DNA of 63,826 nt, filler included, from Octopus bimaculoides (lineage: Eukaryota): assembly GCF_001194135.2 (NCBI RefSeq). It is 6 parts of 6 records of this genome, joined end to end, with 100 filler letters (N's around TTAATTAATTAA, not from the genome) between each part and the next. Parts side by side here need not be neighbours in the genome. Positions count along the whole stretch, not along the records: positions 1 to 22,261 come from NC_068998.1; positions 22,362 to 31,991 come from NC_068984.1; 4 more parts are not named here. One strand, written 5' to 3'. This document shows positions 13,633-25,689 of the stretch, piece by piece (the stretch's first letter is position 1; every line of letters begins with the position of its first letter). Made by a program: the position numbers and the translations under genes. Below the pieces are notes generated by a model. The model was not told the origin of the DNA and made no database searches. It worked only from the letters and a program-made list of their open reading frames with translations.

Positions 13633-14029
13633 TGTATGTATATGCGTGCTACTGTGTATACATGATGAGTGCGTCTGCATATGTGTACACCAGAAGACGC
13701 GTGTATACGTGTTGCTGTTAATTAGATGACGTCTGCCAAGGAATAATCGCCAACGTGATATCACAGAAGATGTGTGACTTACACATGTATGGCGCTATGT
13801 TCTGTTACGTCAAATAAGCGTAGCTACCTGCCAACATTTCTTTTTCCCGCCAGGCAATCTCTTATAAAATGCACCAAGATGACTGCTTAGCTCCCTAAGG
13901 CGGCAGAGATATGTATGAAACACTTAATAATATCTATGTTTTATCGTGTATTCATGCAGCCAGGTGTGCGACTGTGTGGATTTGTACTCATGGACATATA
14001 CCAATACATCCCTACATACATCCATACAT

Positions 14030-14073
<44 letters not shown>

Positions 14074-14723
14074 CTTTTAATTAAACATTTCTCGGTAATA
14101 GCTGCCATAACCGAAACCTCTCGGTCCTTCAGNNNNNNNNNNNNNNNNNNNNNNNNNNNNNNNNNNNNNNNNNNNNNNNNNNNNNNNNNNNNNNNNNNNN
14201 NNNNNNNNNNNNNNNNNNNNNNNNNNNNNNNNNNNNNNNNNNNNNNNNNNNNNNNNNNNNNNNNNNNNNNNNNNNNNNNNNNNNNNNNNNNNNNNNNNNN
14301 NNNNNNNNNNNNNNNNNNNNNNNNNNNNNNNNNNNNNNNNNNNNNNNNNNNNNNNNNNNNNNNNNNNNNNNNNNNNNNNNNNNNNNNNNNNNNNNNNNNN
14401 NNNNNNNNNNNNNNNNNNNNNNNNNNNNNNNNNNNNNNNNNNNNNNNNNNNNNNNNNNNNNNNNNNNNNNNNNNNNNNNNNNNNNNNNNNNNNNNNNNNN
14501 NNNNNNNNNNNNNNNNNNNNNNNNNNNNNNNNNNNNNNNNNNNNNNNNNNNNNNNNNNNNNNNNNNNNNNNNNNNNNNNNNNNNNNNNNNNNNNNNNNNN
14601 NNNNNNNNNNNNNNNNNNNNNNNNNNNNNNNNNNNNNNNNNNNNNNNNNNNNNNNNNNNNNNNNNNNNNNNNNNNNNNNNNNNNNNNNNNNNNNNNNNNN
14701 NNNNNNNNNNNNNNNNNNNNNNN

Positions 14724-14774
<51 letters not shown>

Positions 14775-14915
14775 GTATACATATATACGTACATATATAT
14801 GTGTGCGTGTGTGTGTATACATATACATATATACATATATGTACATGTATATATATGTGCATATAAATATACATATATATATGTGTATATGTATATATAT
14901 AGCTATCTATGTGTC

Positions 14916-15006
<91 letters not shown>

Positions 15007-15726
15007 ATATATATATANNNNNNNNNNNNNNNNNNNNNNNNNNNNNNNNNNNNNNNNNNNNNNNNNNNNNNNNNNNNNNNNNNNNNNNNNNNNNNNNNNN
15101 NNNNNNNNNNNNNNNNNNNNNNNNNNNNNNNNNNNNNNNNNNNNNNNNNNNNNNNNNNNNNNNNNNNNNNNNNNNNNNNNNNNNNNNNNNNNNNNNNNNN
15201 NNNNNNNNNNNNNNNNNNNNNNNNNNNNNNNNNNNNNNNNNNNNNNNNNNNNNNNNNNNNNNNNNNNNNNNNNNNNNNNNNNNNNNNNNNNNNNNNNNNN
15301 NNNNNNNNNNNNNNNNNNNNNNNNNNNNNNNNNNNNNNNNNNNNNNNNNNNNNNNNNNNNNNNNNNNNNNNNNNNNNNNNNNNNNNNNNNNNNNNNNNNN
15401 NNNNNNNNNNNNNNNNNNNNNNNNNNNNNNNNNNNNNNNNNNNNNNNNNNNNNNNNNNNNNNNNNNNNNNNNNNNNNNNNNNNNNNNNNNNNNNNNNNNN
15501 NNNNNNNNNNNNNNNNNNNNNNNNNNNNNNNNNNNNNNNNNNNNNNNNNNNNNNNNNNNNNNNNNNNNNNNNNNNNNNNNNNNNNNNNNNNNNNNNNNNN
15601 NNNNNNNNNNNNNNNNNNNNNNNNNNNNNNNNNNNNNNNNNNNNNNNNNNNNNNNNNNNNNNNNNNNNNNNNNNNNNNNNNNNNNNNNNNNNNNNNNNNN
15701 NNNNNNNNNNNNNNNNNNNNNNNNNN

Positions 15727-15776
<50 letters not shown>

Positions 15777-15798
15777 TATATGTATATATACAAATATA

Positions 15799-16152
15799 GG
15801 CGCAGGAGTGGCTGTGTGGTAAGGAGCTCGCTTACCAACCACATGGTTCCGGGTTCATTTCCACGGGCTGACCAAAGACTTGTGAGTTGATTTAGTAGAT
15901 GGAAATTGAAAGAAGTCCGTCTTATAAATATGTGTGTGTGTGTGTGTATTTGTGTGTCTGTATTTTTGTCCCCCACACCATCGCTTGACAACCGATATTG
16001 GTTTGTTTACGTCTCTGTAATCTAGCAGTTCGGCAACATGGACGCATGGAATACATATTAGGTTTACAAAGAATAAGTCCTGGGGTCGATTTGTTCGACG
16101 AAAGACGGTGCTCCAGCATGGCCACAGTCAAAATGACTGAAAGAAGAAAAAG
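15799..16152 (+). mobile_element. SINE family A with internal deletion
   Basis: aggcgcaggagtggctgtgtggtaag head with A/B-box-like motifs, TG microsatellite, and 3' ...ggtgctccagcatggccacagtcaaaatgactgaaa. Confidence 0.9.
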
Positions 16153-16400
16153 CAAAAACGAAAAAATATAAAAAGAATATATATACATACATGCATATGT
16201 GTGTGTGTATAAATATAAATAGCGTGCATTACTATACATATTTAGCTGTGTATAACTTTTGACTTCATTTTAGTTTCCGACACACACTTACATACACTTG
16301 TACACACGTGTATACTCTTGTATATACACTTGTACATACACACACATATATATATATACAAATGTAGAAATAGAAACTAAATAAAAAGACACAATCACTT

Positions 16401-16480
<80 letters not shown>

Positions 16481-16766
16481 ATACTCCCATACACACAAAC
16501 GCATGTATCTACACACTAATTCGATAACCGATTCCGTAGACTCGGATTCTCCGCTTCCTCTTCTCCAGATATCAGATGCAGGTGTATTTATCGAAAGCCA
16601 ATAGAATGTATACGATTCCTCAATCATACCAAATATCGATGACTGACGATCGATTAATGTGTCTAGGATGTGTACATTGATGTACATTGATGCTAACCGG
16701 TCTATTTTGGTAGCATTTACACTCCTTGTATGTATGTATATATATTTGCATACATACATACATACA

Positions 16767-16800
<34 letters not shown>

Positions 16801-16804
16801 CATA

Positions 16805-16852
<48 letters not shown>

Positions 16853-17016
16853 CATATATATATGTACACCCCACACCTTTTGTGTGGGTGCGCGTATACG
16901 TGCAAGTGTGCCCATGATTTTGGGAAGGCAACTGTTGTATACAAAAATATGCGAGTATTTGAATTTATGAGAACGCACACGCAACCACTTCTACATCATA
17001 CATACATACACACATA

Positions 17017-17047
<31 letters not shown>

Positions 17048-17308
17048 NNNNNNNNNNNNNNNNNNNNNNNNNNNNNNNNNNNNNNNNNNNNNNNNNNNNN
17101 NNNNNNNNNNNNNNNNNNNNNNNNNNNNNNNNNNNNNNNNNNNNNNNNNNNNNNNNNNNNNNNNNNNNNNNNNNNNNNNNNNNNNNNNNNNNNNNNNNNN
17201 NNNNNNNNNNNNNNNNNNNNNNNNNNNNNNNNNNNNNNNNNNNNNNNNNNNNNNNNNNNNNNNNNNNNNNNNNNNNNNNNNNNNNNNNNNNNNNNNNNNN
17301 NNNNNNNN

Positions 17309-17342
<34 letters not shown>

Positions 17343-17804
17343 TGTGTGTATGCATGTACACACACACCTATGTGTAATGTTATGCTTGTGTATATAAATA
17401 ATATAAACTGACATATACGCTTTTAGAAAGTTGTGCTTATATAGCTATATATTAATATTTATACATATCAAGGTATATACATTTTTGTATCCAAATATAT
17501 ATGTACATATATATATATATGCATATATATATGTGCGTGTGTGTGTTAGTGTATATATATTTGTTTGTGTGTATTTACATATATATCTATATATATGATA
17601 TATATATATATATGTGTGTGTGTACGTGTATATATGTACATATATATATATATATATAGATACATATATTTATGTCTGTTAACATATAAAGCGAGAGTGC
17701 GATATACAGAGAGAAAGAGAGAGAAAGAGAGAGTGGTAATTATATATGTTTGCGTATATGTATGTTATAAATATATATTTAATGTATGTTTATAGGTATA
17801 TGTG

Positions 17805-17836
<32 letters not shown>

Positions 17837-17896
17837 AGTAGTATTATATTTATAAATTGATTACTCGTATAGAGATAGGCAAATTGATAGATAGGC

Positions 17897-17956
<60 letters not shown>

Positions 17957-18847
17957 TGCTAGAAAGTAAGTGTACGATTGAAAAACAGGGAGAAAAGAGA
18001 GAGAAATAGAGAGAGAAAAAGGCAAAAGAAAATATAGGAAAATGGCGATGGGCGGAGAAGAAAGAAAAGAAAATAGGAAAAAGGAAAATGGCGACTAAGT
18101 GAGATGTGGGAGGAGGAGGAGGGGAATATTTTTGCGAGTTAGCAGGGAAGAGAAAGAAAGTAAATCTGCTTTTAAGTGTGAACACGTGACTGACAAATGT
18201 AGATACGTTAATTTTATAGAGACAGATCAGAGCGTAATTGTGTATATACGATGGTATTAGGCGAAACAAAAGATGTCGACTGCTTCGTTGAGTGTGTAGG
18301 TGTGTGTGTGTACATTATATATATATGCATGTGTGTTGGGGCATTGCTATGTATGTGCGCATGTGTGTGTATGTGTATGTGTATGTGTGTGTGTGTGTGT
18401 GTTTCCATCTATTTAAACAATGCTACGCTATTTACATATAATATTTATGTCGTTATGTGTTTATCGAGAAATTTAAAGCAACATCTATCCAATAACGCTA
18501 AATATGTTAGCCGGTGTCGCTTCCAGCGCACTGTCAGCCAGCCAACCGTCCGACCAACCAACCGGCCAGCCAGCAAGCAAGCAAGCCAGCCGGCCAACTT
18601 AACCGGCCGACAGATCGACCAGCAAGACTGTCAGACAGTCAGACAGATAAGCAACAACACAGGCAGTTTTCACTACAAATGCATCCTGAATTACTGCTGC
18701 TGTTGTTGTTGTTGTTTTGTTTTGGCATGAGCCGTCCCGGACTCGTGAAGATTGATGCGTATAGAAGCGTTCCAACCATGGTTATCCCGTTCTTTCCTAT
18801 ATTATTCCTTATGTGTAATCTTATCAAATGAAAACGTCACACAGGTA

Positions 18848-19470
18848 CAGTGGTGGCTATCTGGTTAAGAAGCTTGCTTCCTAATCATGTGGTTTCGGGT
18901 TCAGTTCCACAGCGCTACGTGTTTACCATTTGTCTTCTACTACAGCTTCAGGACCGATCAAAGCCTTGTGAGTGTATTTGGTAGATGGAAACTGAAAGAA
19001 GCCTGCCATATAGGCGCAGGAGTGGCTGTGTGGTAAGAAGCTTGCTTAACAACCACGTAGTTCCGGGTTCACTCCCACAGCGTAACACCTTGGTTAAGTG
19101 TCTTCTACTATAGCCACGGGTCGACCAAAGCCTTGTGAGTGGATTTGGTAGACGGAAACTAAAAGAAGCATGTCGTATATATGTTTATATATGTATATAT
19201 GTGTTTGTGTATCTGTGTTTGGACACAATGTTATTTTCTTTATTATGTAATCATGTTTCGGCCATGATCTGCTGGTAAAGTGACAATGAAACAATTGTAG
19301 TATGATGCAATAAATTGTGTTACTAAATCCATTTTATACATGTGTTTGTGTGTGTATGTTGTTATAACTGTGTTGTGTTTGTTCCTCACCATCACTTGAC
19401 AACAGGTGTTGGTTTATTTACGTCACCATAACCTAGCGGTTTCGTCATAAAGGCCAATATAATAAGCCTC
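18848..19470 (+). mobile_element. Two nested or tandem SINE family A copies
   Basis: Head 1 at 18848-19009, head 2 at 19011-19175, one 3' part at ~19375-19470. Confidence 0.8.
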
Positions 19471-19484
19471 TCTGCTATAAGTAG

Positions 19485-19686
19485 AGCCCCTGAAGTTTGA
19501 GGTGGTGGGGGGGGGACTAGTCGATTACATCGACCCCGCTGTTTCACTGGTACTTGATTTATCGACCCCGAAAGGATGAGAGGCAAAGTCGACCACGGCG
19601 GAATTTGAACTCAGAAATTAGCGGCAGACGAAATACCGTTAAGCATTTCGTCCAGCATGCTAACGATTCTGCCAGCTCACCACCTT
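19485..19686 (-). mobile_element. SINE family B
   Basis: Reverse copy ending ...taacgattctgccagctcaccacctt. Confidence 0.9.
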
Positions 19687-19687
19687 A

Positions 19688-19759
<72 letters not shown>

Positions 19760-19760
<1 letters not shown>

Positions 19761-19922
19761 TACAGAAAATTGCACTACTGGGTACTGCACACATTCTACG
19801 CAAAACACTTTCAATACAGTAAACATAAGAGCACCACAGCAAACCACAGCACATACCCAAGGCGCACAGATCTGCGCTCGGTAGTGAAGTGAAAGCACGT
19901 TATAAAAATAAAACTACTGAAC
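19760..19922 (+). mobile_element. R4/Dong-like LINE 3' end within (AAT)n
   Basis: IQKIALLGTAHILRKTLSIQ* C-terminus plus 3' UTR, flanked on both sides by (aat)n. Confidence 0.75.
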
Positions 19923-19954
<32 letters not shown>

Positions 19955-20715
19955 TAATAGTAATAGTAATAAAAATAATAATAATAGTGTCTTCATACAT
20001 ATGTACATACATAAAAGATTGATTACCAGCCATCCATTAGCTAAACAAGGCGTATAACAACAAACTCCCTCATAAAGAGACCACAACCAGCTACCAAACA
20101 CCCGTCTAAAGCCCCGTAAATGACGATTGAAAGGCGGGAAGAGTGTCAGACTAGAGTCTGTATCGGTTACATTGTTAAACACATAAAGACTTTTATACAA
20201 GACAACGATAAATTGCATTCACAAGACGTATATATACAATGTATATATATACAATGCTATCCAAATACTTGCTTTAAATGTGATCCGAAGGACATCGAAA
20301 AGGATTTTATAGAAAATGTTAACATGGTTTTACTCTGCAGTAATAATACGGTATTATCTTGAGATTTATGCTGTATATAGACTATTTTGGTGTATAAGCG
20401 TGTAAATTGAGACTAGTCTTATCTCTACGCGCACACAGAAGCATACAGGCGCACGTTTATACGCACACTGATATTTTTAATTAGATATTCGCCTGGAAAC
20501 TTATATAAATAAATGCTTTGTAGGTCTGTATGTATGTGTGTATGTTTGAAAGTAGATATACGGTTAAAGAAACTTAAAATATAAGTATATGCATATATGT
20601 ATGTATGTATTTATGTATGTGTGTGTGTATGTATGTATGTATGTATGTATGTATTTATGTATGTGTGTGTGTATGTAAGTATGTATGTATGCACGGATGT
20701 ATATATATGTATATA

Positions 20716-21600
20716 TTGGGTCATCTCATAAATAATGCGGTTTTTTATACTTTTTTTTCAAAATTAAGATAAACAAAGTTCTTTTTTAATCTACATTTTC
20801 TACAATGCTCTTCCATCTATCTGGTAGACTTGCAAGGCCCCTCTTCCAAATTTTACTTGTCCGTGATGAAAAATACTTCTCCAGTACTGTTCTGACCTCA
20901 TGTACAGATTTTATATTTTTTCTGTCCAAATGATTTTGAAAACTGCAGAATAAATGATAATTAGATGGGGCAATGTCTGGCGAATATGGTGGATGGGGCA
21001 TCGTTTCCCACTCAAACTGCTCCAGCCTTTGGAAGGTCATCCTCGCTGTATGTGTCTGAGCATTATCCTAATGAAAGAACATCTTTCATCTTGAAACCAA
21101 AGATGGTCATTTTTCTTCTAGTGCTGACTTAAGCCACTCAAGTTCCTTGCAGTAGATTTCCTTTGTTATCGTTTGTTTTGGGTTTAAAAGTTCAAAGTGG
21201 ACTAAAACTTTCATATCCCACCAAACAGATATCGACACCTTACGTGGGTGAAGAGCCTCTTTAGCCTGGGGTGCCAGTGTTTCTCCTTTTCCTACCCACT
21301 GTCTTCAGTGCTTGACATTTTTATAGAGAACCCATTTCTCGTCACCGGTTACTTTTCGCTCCAAAAACCTTTTGACACAACAGCAAAGAAGAGCACACAT
21401 TCACTCTCTGCCCGCGATTAGACTCAGAAAGTTTGTGAGGAACCCACTGACCTAATTTGCTGACCTATCCAATGGCACAAAGATGTCAATGAATGGTTGA
21501 ATGATGAAATCCAAGCTTCTCTGCCAGTTCCTCAAAAGTTAGGATGAGATTTTGTCCCACCGGGTCTTTGATGGGATCCCGGTCACTCATACGCTGGAGG
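20716..21600 (-). mobile_element. Mariner (DD34D-type) transposase remnant with one TIR
   Basis: Minus-strand fragments LTFEELAEKLGFHHSTIH, LGQWVPHKL, VTGDEKWVLY, DNAQTHTA, HPPYSPDIAPSNYHLF. Terminal TA|ttgggtcatctcataaataatgcggtttttt at 20714-20746. Stops and frameshifts present. Confidence 0.92.
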
Positions 21601-22116
21601 AACTGATTAACTATCCATATTAGTTCAAGAGATTAAGAAAAATAATAATGAAACGGAAAAAGAAAAAAAAATTATTCAAATTTCTGATAACACGTTATAG
21701 TCACGGTTACCTCCCCTTTGTTTCAGCCTTGTGTGTGCCATAGAAAGCCCCAACTTCGATAACATTTTCAGGTAACATAATTTTAAGCATAGAAAACTCA
21801 ACATTGCCAGTAATGATTGCCTAATGATTAATTAACTGTACTGCATGATTAATTTTGAGGATAATTGCTGTTTCTGAATGGCAATAGCATACCGCCAATG
21901 TGAGAACTAATTTAGCGATCGTTAAGTGCAGGTTATATTGATTAATCAAAGCATCGTTTTAAGGCATTCACTATCAATTCTATGTATGACGATTTTGAAA
22001 ATTATAAATTATCTCGAATTATTCTGGTTAAAAGCCCATTCGTAGCACAACACTTTGTTATATATGTAAAAAAAAAAACAACTATGCCTACTGATCTGCG
22101 CATCTGCTTAGATTGT

Positions 22117-22161
22117 ACTACACTGATGAGGTGTAATAGATCGAAACGTGTCCATAGTTGT
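22117..22161 (+). ncRNA. Minimal hammerhead-ribozyme-like motif (candidate)
   Basis: actaca-CTGATGA-ggtgtaatagatc-GAAAC-gt-GTC-catagt: intact core, short stem II, 2-nt stem III loop. Confidence 0.5.
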
Positions 22162-22229
22162 CCCTCGCCTTTATTATGGCAACTGAATAATTGTCACATT
22201 ATTTTACAGATATATATATATATATATAA

Positions 22230-22261
<32 letters not shown>

Positions 22262-22305
22262 NNNNNNNNNNNNNNNNNNNNNNNNNNNNNNNNNNNNNNN
22301 NNNNN

Positions 22306-22317
22306 TTAATTAATTAA
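22306..22317. other. Assembly gap linker TTAATTAATTAA (also 32036, 45733, 58245, 60642)
   Basis: The identical 12-mer, with stops in all six frames, sits in the middle of five ~100-N gaps. Artefact. Confidence 0.95.
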
Positions 22318-22502
22318 NNNNNNNNNNNNNNNNNNNNNNNNNNNNNNNNNNNNNNNNNNNNTATATATGCATTTTAATACTCAGACTGTTTTTTAACATT
22401 TTTTTTATTATTCTCAAAGACTTTTGATAATCTTTTTCTAAAAAAGTGAAACCGGTTAAGTAAATAAATATTTTTTAAAAATAAGTGCATTTTCAAACCT
22501 TC

Positions 22503-22538
<36 letters not shown>

Positions 22539-22539
22539 G

Positions 22540-22700
22540 CCAGCATTTCAGTTTCCGTCTACCAAATCCACTGACAAGGCTTTGGTCGGCCTAAGGCTAT
22601 AGCAGAAGACACTTGCCGAAGTTGCCACGCAGTGGGACTGAATCCGGAACTATGTGGCTGGGAAACAAGCTTCCTACCACACAGCCACGCCTGCGCCTAT
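22540..22700 (-). mobile_element. SINE family A, 5' half
   Basis: Reverse copy ending cacagccacgcctgcgcctat. Confidence 0.9.
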
Positions 22701-23105
22701 ATTCATTTATTCATACGTACATCTATACGTGCATATTAATACACAATTTAATATGAACGAAAGAAAAAATTACTGAATAATTGTGACTTAATATAACAAT
22801 AATTATATTATAATGATTATTATTATATTAATATTAATATAATATGGATAATTATGAATATAATAATTAGTCTCTAATTAACATAATAATCAACGCCGTG
22901 AATGAGAACGGGTAGGGAGTATATTTGTATACTACCAGTTGGGTTTTGTTTAATATTTAAAACAAAGTTGATTTACGTTTTTGTATTTGTTTTGCAAGAT
23001 TCTTGATGTGAAATCGTGTGTTGAAACAAATATTGTTATGCTTGGCGAAGGTGATATTTTACCAATTAAACACAAGCACTATATATTTGGTATTCAATTC
23101 AGCTC

Positions 23106-23169
<64 letters not shown>

Positions 23170-23177
<8 letters not shown>

Positions 23178-23345
23178 CATTGAGAAGTACATGGAACAAA
23201 TAGGGGCTGCAATAAAAGTGGAGTAATTGCAGAAAACAGCACTACTTGGAAAAGCTTGAATACTCCGGAAGATGCTCGAAAAATAAGAGGTGCTACCTTA
23301 GTTCACTGGTAATGAACAGCTGACAAAGTGGTATATTTCCAGCGT
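23170..23345 (+). mobile_element. R4/Dong-like LINE 3' end
   Basis: EKYMEQIGAAIKVE*LQKTALLGKA*ILRKMLEK*, directly after (att)n. Confidence 0.7.
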
Positions 23346-23379
23346 TAGAAGCTGTGCAGAAGCAATAATAATAATGATC

Positions 23380-23936
23380 ATAAAGTGTTTGTGTATCTTC
23401 ATTGGCTCTTATGCTGTAAATACCAATATGAAGTAATAGATAACTGGTATGAGCAAGTACCAAATAAAGTTATGCAGGAGGATGGAAAAGTAACGATACT
23501 CAGGGACTATGATTTTTAGACGGATCGTGTAATCGAACACCGTCGGCCGGATACTGACATATTGAATAAGAGAGGCAAATACTATCAGACTATTGATGTA
23601 ACTATACCAAATGACATGAATGTTGTGAGTAAAGAGGTTGGAAAAATCACCAAGTACTACGAATTGAAAGTAGAAATGGCATGACTGTATGGAAGGTGAG
23701 AGGGTAATGTAAAAGTTAATACCAGTGGTAATTGGAGCGTTGGGCTCAATCCCATTGAAGCTTCAAGACTTCTTAAGGCAACTGGAAATCCCATGCGAGA
23801 TTGATGTCTTGCAAAAAGCAGCCTTACTGGGCAGAGCGCACATCTTAAGGAAAGTATTATCTGTCTGAGGTCCTTGTTGTGACTTGACAGATGACTAAAG
23901 ACTCTGATGCATTTTTACCTACACTGTGTTACGAAG

Positions 23937-24008
<72 letters not shown>

Positions 24009-24012
24009 TAAT
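23380..24012 (+). mobile_element. R4/Dong-like LINE C-terminal restriction-like endonuclease remnant with (AAT)n tail
   Basis: HWLLCCKYQYEVIDNWYEQVP...TDRVIEHRRPD...IDVTIPNDMNV...PVVIGALGSIP...LQKAALLGRAHILRKVLSV*, with the RPD..D motif, stops and a frameshift. Confidence 0.85.
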
Positions 24013-24769
24013 AAAGCTGAGGTGAAGACCGAATATAAGGTGCATGTGTTTAATTGTCAAAATATGACCGTCCCCACGTATAACAGTAAAGTTGTTTTAT
24101 TCTTATTAAAAGCGAACTTTAATTTGAATTAGTAACAACGCGAATCTCGGATTAAAGAACAGTTTTAGATCTTAGACTTATCACATTCATACATATGCGT
24201 GTGCGTTTAGTTCTATGAATGCATGTTACGTATAAGTGTATATGAAGTGGTGTATTATATATGTATACATGCACCTGTTCCCTTTTTCTGTTTTTTGTCT
24301 ATTAGAATTTTTCCTAGAAGGAAGGAGCTGTCTTGCATCAAAGAAATAAAGCTCAATCGCTAGAATTTGAATGACAACAATGACATGGGTTGAACTTTAT
24401 AAAAGCCACGCATATTTTAACTGCTCCACTTGCAGACTGTGTTTGTAAAGTGCATGTTAGTTGGTCTTTTTCTTCCTCGGAAAATTCTATATTGTCACTT
24501 AGCCCATTTAGTAATATAAATAGGTGCATCAACATTTATTGGGATAAACGTGAATTTCTAATCAGAGTAGAGGAACAGCGGTTCTCGAAGTAGATTTCTC
24601 CATGAATATTCACCTTCCAGCTGAATATCAGCAAAGCCGCTAACTTATATGATTATGCATATTTTATTTTTCATTCCAGCGAATAATTATGCAACATGTT
24701 GTTTTTGGATTTCGTAGAAGTAAAGATTGTAATGCACACGAGTACTCTCTGTGTTACTATGTATGTATT

Positions 24770-24960
24770 CAAGCCGCTGGACAAAACGTTTAGCAACGTT
24801 TCGTTCAACTTTACGTTCTCAGTTCAAATTCCGCCGAGGTCGATTTTGCCTTTCATTCTTTCGGGGTCGATAAACTAAGTACCAGCAGTGTACTGGGGTA
24901 GATGTAATCGACTCAATCCCCACCCTGAAAATGCTGGCCTTGTGCCAAAATTTGAAACCA
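24770..24960 (+). mobile_element. SINE family B
   Basis: agttcaaattccgccgaggtcgattttgcctttcattctttcggggtcgataaactaagtacc. Confidence 0.85.
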
Positions 24961-25344
24961 AGATGTAATGTGTTCAATAACAACTATGATGTTTATATGA
25001 AACACGGAGTTTTTCTTTTGATAGCATTGTATATAATTTTCAAAACATTGTGATGTTGTAATGGCAGATTCTATTTCGGTGACGTGTTTGGAAAGCAACT
25101 AATTATAAGTGTTATATCCTCTGCAGAAAAATTGCTAAATCGATATTTACGGTAGCATTGTCGGAATTTAAGGACTTCATTGCCTCGTTTGCTCATTAAA
25201 TTGCAAAAGTATCACCATCAGGAAATAAAGCGGTGCAACGTACACGTGTCTAAACAGATTGGGTTTCATATTTGAGTTGAGACAACTCCAGTCGTCTCGA
25301 CACAAAACATGGCTTACAAAGCGTTATCCAATCAGTGAACGCGA

Positions 25345-25667
25345 TATCAATATTGGCTTTAAATTTTGGCACAAGGCCAGACATTTTGGGAGTGGGGACA
25401 AGTCGATTACATCGATCTCAGGGTTTAACTTGTACTTATCTTATCTTCCGCGAAATGATAATATGCAAAGTCGACCTTGGTAGAATTTGAAATGAGATGG
25501 TAAATGACAATAGGCAAATGATAATAGGCAAAGTCGACCGCGAAATGATAATAGGTAAAGTCGACCTTGGTAGAATTTGAAATGAGATGGTAAAGACGGA
25601 CGAAATGCCGCTAAGCATTTTTCCGGTGTTCTAACGATTCTGCAAACTCGCCGCCTTAGAAGCTTCG
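25345..25667 (-). mobile_element. SINE family B with internal serial duplication
   Basis: Reverse copy in which a 57-bp segment is duplicated (25448-25504 and 25538-25594). Confidence 0.8.
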
Positions 25668-25689
25668 TATTAATATAATCATCCGTGTC

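Noticed and set aside
14088-14132. Hairpin with GAAAC...GTC next to a gap
   Set aside because: There is no CTGANGA in the required position, and the sequence is truncated by the gap.
18679-18831. Signal-peptide-like [19 protein letters not shown]
   Set aside because: The hydrophobic run comes from a (CTG/TTG)n microsatellite, with no other support.
22306-22317. Recurrent palindrome TTAATTAATTAA
   Set aside because: It always sits in the centre of ~100-N gaps, so it is an assembler linker.
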